Below the pieces are notes generated by a model, which saw only the letters and a program-made list of their open reading frames with translations, did no database searches and had not been told where the DNA came from. DNA of 64,000 nucleotides from assembly GCF_016649425.1 (NCBI RefSeq), contig NZ_JADRCR010000007.1:151934-215933 (forward strand), written 5' to 3'. This document shows positions 45,391 to 53,488 of the stretch, in pieces. Position 1 is the first letter of the stretch, and every line of letters starts with the position of its first letter. Source of the DNA: Limnobaculum allomyrinae. GTDB taxonomy: Bacteria > Pseudomonadota > Gammaproteobacteria > Enterobacterales > Enterobacteriaceae. The position numbers and the translations under genes are program-made.

Positions 45391-46152
45391 TTTATTTTAT
45401 AAATTAAGAATTGCTATTCATTATTTATCTTAATTTGGCTTGCTATCTGCATAGGTCAGCCAAAGTTTAAGTGTGCTTATTTGCACTTATAAATTATATG
45501 TATTTAGTAAGTTCGATAATGGTTTAGCGTTAGCTATCTCCGCAAGATAGCTAATGAGCTACCCGCAAACGTTCACCATCAAACCATCCTCCCATATATT
45601 CCTGTCTGCATAACTAACATATTAAATACAATATATGTAAATTCTATGTAACAAATTTTATTTAGAGTTACACACTTACATTAATAAGTGATCATATGGA
45701 TATAAGACCTAATATAAAGAAATATAACATTATCTGAATGAAACCCTCCAACACTTAATTTTAATCATGAAATAACTATTGGCGTAATTTAGTAAAAAAG
45801 CCGCTATTATATATTGAGCTCATCTGTATTTTATTCTGTCCCAACTACTAATATTGGGGAAATACATTTATTCCATCCAAAGATAAACAGCACTTCAATA
45901 GATAACATTTCGAGAAACAATACACTATATTCCAGTCATTCCATTATTGCCTGCAGTTACATTACTCTTCATCGTTATTGATAAGAAACGCCCTGATTGA
46001 GTTACTTTCTATTAACTCAATATTGATACCCCATTTATCCAATTTTTTTGCATATCCCTCCAAAGCAAAGCTCTTCTATACTTATTGTTTAAGTCATCAT
46101 CAGGACATCTTTTCATCAGAACGCATGATCAACCACAGAATGAGAGGTATAA

Positions 46153-46707
46153 ATGAAGTATTGTTTATCAATGATATACAGCTTATTAATCACATTTGGG
46201 TTAGCTGGATGTGTGGTAACAGAAACTAGGGTAAGCCATCACTATGGTTCTAACGATCCGGCGATGACAGCTCAAAAATTTTATAGCCAGTACTTCATGA
46301 GCGGCAGTGCCGGACTTCCCACAGAAACTCAACTTGCCTCCTTTAAACCTTATATAAGTACGGCACTCTATCAATCACTGGAAGCAGCAAAGAAGCGTCA
46401 GCTTGAAGAGATAAAACGGTACCCTGACGAAAAACCATCACTGGTTGATGGCGATCTATTTTCCAGCCTGTTTGAAGGCCCTACTTCTGTTGATATACCC
46501 TCTATTCCAGTATTACCCAGCGCTAACAGTGTAACCTTGCAGGCGAATTTTACTCGTACAGAGCAAGGCAAAGACATTCTCCACTGGAGTGACGAAATCA
46601 AAATGATAAAGCAGAACGATAATTGGGTGATTGATGATTTGGTATATAAAGGTAACTGGGAATTTGCGGCTAAAAATACACTGAAAAAAACATTATCTAA
46701 TCAATGA
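46153..46707 (+). CDS. DUF3828-family lipoprotein (YbjP-like)
   Basis: 184 aa; lipobox FGLAGCV. Size and composition resemble E. coli YbjP, which also lies in the ybj region. Confidence 0.55.
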   Translation: MKYCLSMIYSLLITFGLAGCVVTETRVSHHYGSNDPAMTAQKFYSQYFMSGSAGLPTETQLASFKPYISTALYQSLEAAKKRQLEEIKRYPDEKPSLVDGDLFSSLFEGPTSVDIPSIPVLPSANSVTLQANFTRTEQGKDILHWSDEIKMIKQNDNWVIDDLVYKGNWEFAAKNTLKKTLSNQ

Positions 46708-46841
46708 ACAGCGAAAACATCTCCACCATTTTGTTTAACATCACGCCAATTTGTTCAGTTGATGAACACTCAAATTGAAGTTGATAATTTAGCGTTGACA
46801 GCCTGAATAGAGATGGATATGATTCGCCCCGTTCAGACGAT

Positions 46842-46917
46842 TCCTCTGTAGTTCAGTCGGTAGAACGGCGGACTGTTAATCCGTATGTCACTGGTTCGAG
46901 TCCAGTCAGAGGAGCCA
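46842..46917 (+). tRNA. asn tRNA: tRNA-Asn (anticodon GTT)
   Basis: 76 nt TCCTCTGTAGTTCAGTCGGTAGAACGGCGGACTGTTAATCCGTATGTCACTGGTTCGAGTCCAGTCAGAGGAGCCA, identical to enterobacterial tRNA-Asn. The 3' end is followed directly by island DNA with no terminator. Confidence 0.97.
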
Positions 46918-47088
46918 AATAACTATTTTAGGTAGTATGGATGCGTCCACACAAGACCTAGGATAGAAAAATATAGTTAGTTATCAATAGCCTCTCTTCC
47001 ACTCACGTGCATGGAGGCTTTTTGACATCCAAAGAATTTGGGGGCTTAATTGGGGGCCTGTCGGTTTGATAAAAAACGGAGCCCCCAC

Positions 47089-47511
47089 ATGCCGCTTACA
47101 GATATTGCCATCCGCAGCGCCAAGCCCACTCATAAGCCTTACAAGCTCAGTGATAGTCTCGGCCTGTATCTCCTCATCAAACCCAATGGCTCAAAACTCT
47201 GGTACTTGAAGTATCGGATTGATGCGAAGGAACGTAAGCTTGCCTTTGGTGGGTATCCCACTATCACACTCAGCCATGCCCGCTCTCAACGCGAGTTAGC
47301 TCGTTTAACCCTGAGTCAGGGGCTCGATCCCAGTCTTCAAAAACAGCGGGAAAAACAGTCCAGGAAAAACGACCATACTTTTGAATCGGTCGCTCGCAAA
47401 TGGGTTAAGAATCAGCATAAATGGTCAACGAATCGTTCGGCACGAACACTCAGAACGCTAGAGATGTATCTTTTTCAAAAGGCAGCCGGTGTTTGGATGA
47501 CCGCCGGTTAA
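47089..47511 (+). pseudogene. int: Truncated P4-type (tyrosine) integrase; only the N-terminal DUF4102/arm-binding region (about 135 aa) is retained
   Basis: MPLTDIAIRSAKPTHKPYKLSDSLGLYLLIKPNGSKLWYLKYRIDAKERKLAFGGYPTISL is a typical P4-like integrase N-terminus. The ORF ends after about 140 residues with non-homologous tail KAAGVWMTAG. No catalytic R..HxxR..Y domain follows. Confidence 0.75.
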
Positions 47512-47721
47512 GGCGTTGCCTTGCAGGTCAGGGCAACTAGGGTCGTGATCGCCCGAAGGCGCTTCTTTCAGATCACTGGTGCAGATAAACCGCACGGAAG
47601 CTTTCGGGGTGTTGTCTGCGACAACGGTAGGACAAGAGGAAGTCTATAGGTATGAGCAAAAAAGAGGAGCGAAAACACTAAACGCGATGAAGAGAATTTT
47701 TATTGTGATGGGTAATTTGTA

Positions 47722-47907
47722 CTAGCTCATAGCCGAACCGCGAGGTTGCCCATGAAGCAAAGACGTTAGTTGGTCGGATTCTAAATTTAGGATTTTGGCG
47801 ACCTGACTATCACCTAGTTTTCTGTCCTTAATGATTTGGCGAAGGTGTCTTACAAACTCAGATTTGACCATGAGATCCTCGGCCAGCGCCCTCTCAATTT
47901 TTGACAT
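47722..47907 (-). CDS. Small hypothetical protein (61 aa), overlaps the Ner-like gene's stop; possible DNA-binding or accessory partner
   Basis: ORF only. A 14-nt overlap with the upstream gene suggests translational coupling. Weak helix-turn-helix-like segment GDSQVAKILNL. Confidence 0.35.
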   Translation of the reverse strand: MSKIERALAEDLMVKSEFVRHLRQIIKDRKLGDSQVAKILNLESDQLTSLLHGQPRGSAMS

Positions 47908-48169
47908 AACGATCTCCTAAACTCGGTTTTCTTTTCTGATAGCGTGAAGGCCAGATTTCGGCAGGTTCACATTCCAGGGCCCTAGCTATCAGCATTTCAC
48001 CCTTAGGCCAAGGCCTGATTAAGGCATTAGCTAGCGTTGAAGATGCTAGGCCTGCCTCTCTTGAAACCGCCGCCAGTGTTGTCCCCCGCTTTTTTAGGCC
48101 AGCAAGAATATCAGCCGGATGCCAGTCATTTTGAACCATTTGTTTTACTCCTCCATATAACGCATTCAA
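47894..48169 (-). CDS. Ner/Nlp-family DNA-binding transcriptional regulator
   Basis: WHPADILAGLKKRGTTLAAVSREAGLASSTLANALIRPWPKGEMLIARALECEPAEIWPSRY matches the Ner/Nlp (Sfs7) signature. It is divergent from the XRE pair. Confidence 0.75.
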   Translation of the reverse strand: MNALYGGVKQMVQNDWHPADILAGLKKRGTTLAAVSREAGLASSTLANALIRPWPKGEMLIARALECEPAEIWPSRYQKRKPSLGDRYVKN

Positions 48170-48243
48170 CCAATTATCCTATTTTGGGATAATTGCGTAA
48201 ATGGTTGATATTCGATTTTGGGATATCAATCAAGGTTAAAAAA

Positions 48244-48537
48244 ATGACGTCAATTTATTCAGATGAATATCAATTGGTTATAAAAGCTCTTCGGGAGGTT
48301 AGAATTGAAAAAAACATAACTCAAGCAAGCTTAGCCCAGGCTTTAAAGCGACCCCAATCATTTATCGCTAAAGTGGAAAACGGAGAACGGAGGTTAGACG
48401 TGATCGAGTTCTTACATATTGCCTACTTACTATCCATAGAACCAGAAGCTATCTTGAAAGACATATTGACTAAAATTCAGTCAAAAACTCAGATTTGTCA
48501 TATATCACGCAAACAATCCCATTTTGGGATTATTTGA
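48244..48537 (+). CDS. XRE-family (Cro/cI-type HTH) transcriptional regulator, paralog 1
   Basis: Start at MTSIYSDEY (SD aaggttaaaaaaATG). HTH ITQASLAQALKRPQSFIAKVENGERRLDV. Confidence 0.7.
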   Translation: MTSIYSDEYQLVIKALREVRIEKNITQASLAQALKRPQSFIAKVENGERRLDVIEFLHIAYLLSIEPEAILKDILTKIQSKTQICHISRKQSHFGII

Positions 48538-48581
48538 CAACTGATTGATATTTAATCCTAAAAACTGATGGGATTAAGTAT

Positions 48582-48854
48582 ATGGCTTCAATTTATTCTA
48601 ATGAATATCAAATAGTTATTAAAGCACTCCGTGAAGCACGTATAGCCAAGGGGATCACGCAGGAAAGCTTAGCCCAAGCATTAGATCGTCCTCAGTCGTT
48701 TATCGCCAAGGTTGAAAATGGCGAGAGAAGATTAGATGTGGTGGAGTTCGTCCATATTTCTAGTTTGTTATCTCTTAATCCCGCAGATATTATCGAAAAA
48801 ATCATCCCAAAATATACATATTTCGATAAGAAAACAAATTCCAAGAGGAAATAA
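48582..48854 (+). CDS. XRE-family (Cro/cI-type HTH) transcriptional regulator, paralog 2 (tandem duplicate of 48244-48537)
   Basis: About 70% identical to paralog 1 over the first 75 aa (SIYSNEYQIVIKALREARIAKGITQESLAQALDRPQSFIAKVENGERRLDVVEF). Confidence 0.7.
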   Translation: MASIYSNEYQIVIKALREARIAKGITQESLAQALDRPQSFIAKVENGERRLDVVEFVHISSLLSLNPADIIEKIIPKYTYFDKKTNSKRK

Positions 48855-48877
48855 ATTTGGCCTTTGGGAAATATAAA

Positions 48878-49222
48878 TCAGCATAAAAATATGCTTAACA
48901 GCTTGGCATAGACTATCCAATTGGGCCAGTTTGAGTTGACCACTATAATGATCATCCAATCACTATCCGCTATGTTTAATCTAATACTCAGCAAGGACAC
49001 CGCCCTACCTAAAAATTCAGCCGTAAAAGTAAGTTCAGGATCAGATTTAATCAGGTCGCTAACCACACCATCAAACTCGTCGGGCTTATTCCATTTAGTG
49101 AAATCTACACAATATTCTATGACCATCGGCGTCTTGCATAACGGATGATCGATAGCCAATGTCGCCAGCCCGTGCCGGGCCAGGAAGTTTTTAACCGCCT
49201 GATATTCAGATGGCCAAGCCAA
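48878..49222 (-). CDS. Hypothetical protein; the first roughly 75 aa look coding, the 3' part may be frame-shifted read-through
   Basis: ORF only. N-terminal part MAWPSEYQAVKNFLARHGLATLAIDHPL... has protein-like composition. The C-terminal 40 aa are hydrophobic, low-complexity and AT-driven. Confidence 0.3.
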   Translation of the reverse strand: MAWPSEYQAVKNFLARHGLATLAIDHPLCKTPMVIEYCVDFTKWNKPDEFDGVVSDLIKSDPELTFTAEFLGRAVSLLSIRLNIADSDWMIIIVVNSNWPNWIVYAKLLSIFLC

Positions 49223-49474
49223 CAGCGCGGTAGGTCAACTTCATTTTTGGTAGCATCCACTGCCCTATAAGGGATTACGCTAGCATCAGTGAGTAGTCAT
49301 AAAGTAATTCAACATAGAGGACAAAACAGGACATATCAACAGGGATGGCATCAGCGGTCAGGCTTTCAGTCAAAAATGGCAATAGGAAGTTATGGAATAC
49401 AGATCGTAGATTGTTATAAATATAAGCATTAGTCGCTAAAATATTATCTTCATCAATCTTTCGGAGGGAGTCCG

Positions 49475-51430
49475 TTGAATACCGCAGAACAGCAGATTGT
49501 AAAACTAGGGGCTCCAGTAGGAAAAGCAGATGCTTATTTACCACTGGAGCTTATGGAGCCTAAAACGTTTGAGCTATTTTGTTGTGAACTCATCAAAAGA
49601 CGGCTGAAAATCGAAGACGGTAAGATAATTGATGCCATGACGATTGGTATTTCCGGCCAATCACAATTTGGTGCGGATATTGTGTCACATCGCCAGCATG
49701 GTAATCAGGACGTTTATTCGCTGTACGAAGTGAAACGTTGTAAAAAATTTACAGAAAGTCACTATATTTCCACTGTTAAGCGCTTTAATGAACATCGGGA
49801 AAAATGGCAGGTGAATATCAACGAATTTTACATTTTCCTTTGTGAGAAAGCTTCAGCGAAATTAATTGCGGAATACAAAAAACAAGAGGCTCTTTTTAAA
49901 GAACTGAATGTAGTGCATCGTTTACTTGATACGGAAATGATCCACGACTGGCTGAAAAATCTGTATTGTCCGGATCTATTGTATCGCTTTTGTCATGAGA
50001 GTTGGGTCTCTCTCTTTTACGGTGAGCGGGCACTGCTGAATATTAAAAATTATGGCTTGTGGGACTATAATGAATCTTCTGCCTGGCGAAATTACACGCA
50101 TCCATATGAACACATTAATGGTGATACCTATACACTTCAGAACGATCATGTGTTTATTCAGGCGTTTTTACCTAACCTGAAAGGGAGCCGCCTTTCCTGT
50201 TTTATTGATTTTCGTAATGGCCGCTATAGCCATGCTTTGCTGACAATGAGTCAGAATGACCTGCTAAATTCAGCCTTCGAAGGGGCTTATAGCCCACCAG
50301 AGGCGGGGGTCAGACCATGGGTTTTAAAAGAACTTTATGGCGAAAATTATTATTGTGATATCGGTAACTGCCGCCTTGCACTAACCCTAAATGAAACCCG
50401 CTCCCTCTGTGATGCTTTTGATAAATTCTGGAGGTGCTATAAACAGCGCATGGAAGAGATTGACCGGATTTGTCGCACAGTTGATTTCTCGAACAGTACA
50501 CCACTCGGCGATAATATTCATCTCATTACCATTCCTTACTGGCTATGGGGCCGCATCAACGTTTTTTGTCAACATCATGACTATCTGGATACCGAAGGGG
50601 AATGGTCGATATTTAACCCCATGCGTGAACGTCTTATGGTCTTCACCCGTCATAAAAACGAGGTAATGAACGGAGGACATCACGTCACGCTATTGGCCAA
50701 CCGCGATCCTAATTTTGATCGCCTGACTAATCATCGCGTGGCGCTAATCTGGCAACCTCCCAGTCGCTACAATCTCGATAGTCTGGAAGAGGATGTTGTT
50801 GGGCCACGTAATTACTGGGATGCGCTGACGACATATCGCTGGCTAGTGGAGAAATTAATCCCTGCCGCGGATAGCTGGTATTGCGCTAATTTCTTTCCAG
50901 AACGCAGTGGATGGCAACGGCTGTCATTTCTCGTCCCCCGCCATATCCCCTATACATCCGATGATATTTATTCGCACTATCAACCCGAAAGTAATATCTC
51001 TGTTGAACAGGTAGACAGCAAACAGAGTCTGCTGGTGTTACTGACTGAACTACAGAATTTCTTCAATATTTACACTCGACGGGTGTACTTTCGGGCAAGT
51101 GAATTTGAGCAACTCTGCGATGCCTTTCTCTTTTTGTTGAACAAAACTACCGTCAATTACTGGGGTTATATCCGCGGTAGCGTCAATGCTTCGCAGGAAG
51201 AGCGAGAGTCTGTGGTAGCTGCATTACAAAAGTATCGGAGAGAAAGTACGTTTTATGATAAGAATTCATCACTATGTGACTATCTGCTTCGAGGCATGAT
51301 GGCGCTATTTCGCGATGGTGACTGCCATATTAACGAAGTGGAAGCGATAAAGGTTGCGACGCTGTTACGCCCCTTTGTGGATAAGGTGTCGGAGGGACGT
51401 TTTTTGCGGCGCTGTCAGAAGCGGTTATGA
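49475..51430 (+). CDS. Large uncharacterised protein (651 aa) with N-terminal Mrr-like PD-(D/E)xK restriction-endonuclease-fold domain; first gene of a four-gene island operon
   Basis: TTG start with a strong SD (ggaggga, 5-nt spacer). Motif GADIVSH ... YSLYEVKRCKKF gives D ... E-x-K spacing typical of Mrr_cat/PD-(D/E)xK. No Walker motifs. Cys/Trp-rich remainder. Confidence 0.6.
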   Translation: MNTAEQQIVKLGAPVGKADAYLPLELMEPKTFELFCCELIKRRLKIEDGKIIDAMTIGISGQSQFGADIVSHRQHGNQDVYSLYEVKRCKKFTESHYISTVKRFNEHREKWQVNINEFYIFLCEKASAKLIAEYKKQEALFKELNVVHRLLDTEMIHDWLKNLYCPDLLYRFCHESWVSLFYGERALLNIKNYGLWDYNESSAWRNYTHPYEHINGDTYTLQNDHVFIQAFLPNLKGSRLSCFIDFRNGRYSHALLTMSQNDLLNSAFEGAYSPPEAGVRPWVLKELYGENYYCDIGNCRLALTLNETRSLCDAFDKFWRCYKQRMEEIDRICRTVDFSNSTPLGDNIHLITIPYWLWGRINVFCQHHDYLDTEGEWSIFNPMRERLMVFTRHKNEVMNGGHHVTLLANRDPNFDRLTNHRVALIWQPPSRYNLDSLEEDVVGPRNYWDALTTYRWLVEKLIPAADSWYCANFFPERSGWQRLSFLVPRHIPYTSDDIYSHYQPESNISVEQVDSKQSLLVLLTELQNFFNIYTRRVYFRASEFEQLCDAFLFLLNKTTVNYWGYIRGSVNASQEERESVVAALQKYRRESTFYDKNSSLCDYLLRGMMALFRDGDCHINEVEAIKVATLLRPFVDKVSEGRFLRRCQKRL

Positions 51431-51598
51431 GCGAGAAATTCTAACAAACGTATAATTAAAAGCGTTTTATAAAATCTGTTTGCAAAACACAAATGAAGCA
51501 AAATTGTTCTATTTCTCTCAGCAGAAAGGTTAAGATTACATTTTATTCATCGAGTCATAGTGAATATAATTCCCAAAAGATGTTTTAAGGATTTAAAC

Positions 51599-53488
51599 AT
51601 GAGGATTACCGCTACCCAACTCGAACAATGGGCCGATTCAAGAGACGCTCAGGGAATGTTACCCATTTTAATCCGGCGATTAATTAGCTCGACCTCCACA
51701 ATAACGGCGTTGAGTATGCCGGGAGGAGATTCAGTTTCATCTCCAGGATGGGATGGTATCGTTCAGGTCGAGAAAGGAAACGCTTGGGTTCCTGATGGCT
51801 CATCTTTTTGGGAAATGGGATGCTCTTCCGATATTATTGATAAAGCACGTAGAGATTTCCATAAGAGAAAACATTGCATTTTGCCTTCAGAAGCAGCCAA
51901 AAGTTGTTTCATATTTATTTCTCCTCGCCGTTGGCCGAAAAAAGATAACTGGCTTAAAGAAGCTAAAGCTGAAAATTTTTGGAGCAACGTCTATGCACTT
52001 GATGCCGACGATCTGGAAGCATGGCTAGAAAATACTCCGACTGTATCTCTATGGTTTGGTGAACTAATCGGTCACATCGGAGCTGGAGTTGAATCTGTCT
52101 CCCATTTCTGGGAACGATGGCGTAATCAATCACGGATTCCACTGACCAAAGAGGCTTTACTGGCAGGTAGAGAAAACGAGGTAAAGAGTCTGGATCGCTG
52201 CCTATTAGATGAAAAAGAACACATTGTTATCAAGGCAGACAGCCAGGAAGAAGCCATTGCTTTTGCTTGTGCCAGATTAATAGAACAAGGTTATGAGAAC
52301 GTTTCTGCATGCATTACCTCCAATGATGGATGGCGTTTTATAGATAGAAACCCATCAATTAAGTTTTGTTTGGCGATAACCAGTCGTATTGCCAGAGAAA
52401 ACAGCGCCCATCCGGAACAAACAACCATTACGCCATTATCGCTGGGCGATCATGCTAGTGCTCACCATAAGTCTACAGATACTATTACGTTAGAACGCCT
52501 TACCAGAAGTAATTTTGAAGAACGCCTCTGTACGCTTGGAGAAGAAGAGTCCGACGCCCGAAGGTTATCACGAACAACAGGACGTTCTTGGTCCGTATAT
52601 CGACGTCTCAGGGCTAAAAATCCGGCTATATCATCACCTTCATGGCTTACAACACCATTAGTAAATGCATTAATAACCTTAACTTTAATCGGATGTTGGA
52701 ATGCCAAAAAGGAAGGTGATAAATATTGCATTGAAATGCTCACACAAAGAAAATATGAAGAGTTAGAACGAGAATTATGTGATATTTCGCTTTTAGACGA
52801 CTCTCCCGTATTGCAAATTGGATATATCTGGAAAGCTAAATCATCGATTGAATTATTGTATCAGTTAGCCCCCCGGTTTACTGAAAGTAACTTGGCTCGT
52901 TTTTTTCTAGTTGTAAAAACGATATTGCTTAAACCAGATCCCGCACTGGAACTCAAAAGCGAAGAACGTTGGATGGCCGCCATCCATGGGAGAGTCCGCT
53001 CGGAATCAGATTTTATCCTGAAATCAATTACTGACTCACTAGTGAAGCTCAGGGTTTATGCCGAAAACAGTGAAGATATTAACTCACGTTACATCATAAC
53101 GGCTATTGATGAACTCGTTCATGACCTGTTGATAGATGCCGATGGTGAAAGATGGCTGTCATTAGCAGATGTGTTATGTCCATTAGCTGAAGCATCACCA
53201 GACATCTTTTTAAAATCAATAGAGATTAGCCTATCTTCAAAAGAGGCCAACGTGACTCGCTTGTTAACCGAAACGAGTGAAAGCACAGGATTTGGCATGC
53301 GTTGCTGGCATGCGGACTTATTAAATGCGTTAGAAATCCTGGCCTGGAACCCTAGGCGATTACTCAGGGTCGCGACTATTCTTACAACACTATCTGCATT
53401 AGAAATTAAGGGGAATTGGGCAAATACGCCAGAAAACACCCTAGACTCTTTACTTCGGCCTTATTGGCCACAGACCATTGGCTACTGA
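51599..53488 (+). CDS. Large uncharacterised protein (about 629 aa); N-terminal conserved-looking block followed by a helical repeat region
   Basis: Start at ATG 51599 (SD aagga, 7-nt spacer); the track's 51560 is a GTG. Block PGGDSVSSPGWDGIVQVEKGNAWVPDGSSFWEMG. Possible HEPN-like Rx4-6H (RDFHKRKH). No NTPase motifs. Confidence 0.55.
   Translation: MRITATQLEQWADSRDAQGMLPILIRRLISSTSTITALSMPGGDSVSSPGWDGIVQVEKGNAWVPDGSSFWEMGCSSDIIDKARRDFHKRKHCILPSEAAKSCFIFISPRRWPKKDNWLKEAKAENFWSNVYALDADDLEAWLENTPTVSLWFGELIGHIGAGVESVSHFWERWRNQSRIPLTKEALLAGRENEVKSLDRCLLDEKEHIVIKADSQEEAIAFACARLIEQGYENVSACITSNDGWRFIDRNPSIKFCLAITSRIARENSAHPEQTTITPLSLGDHASAHHKSTDTITLERLTRSNFEERLCTLGEEESDARRLSRTTGRSWSVYRRLRAKNPAISSPSWLTTPLVNALITLTLIGCWNAKKEGDKYCIEMLTQRKYEELERELCDISLLDDSPVLQIGYIWKAKSSIELLYQLAPRFTESNLARFFLVVKTILLKPDPALELKSEERWMAAIHGRVRSESDFILKSITDSLVKLRVYAENSEDINSRYIITAIDELVHDLLIDADGERWLSLADVLCPLAEASPDIFLKSIEISLSSKEANVTRLLTETSESTGFGMRCWHADLLNALEILAWNPRRLLRVATILTTLSALEIKGNWANTPENTLDSLLRPYWPQTIGY

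Noticed and set aside
46153-46707. YbjP-like lipoprotein as part of the tRNA-Asn island
   Set aside because: It lies upstream (5') of the tRNA. Islands that insert at a tRNA gene's 3' end lie downstream of the tRNA. It is more likely a backbone gene, as E. coli ybjP is in this neighbourhood.
49275-49544. 89-aa minus-strand ORF overlapping the start of the 651-aa gene
   Set aside because: It runs antisense across the strong SD and start of a much better supported gene, with low-complexity translation.
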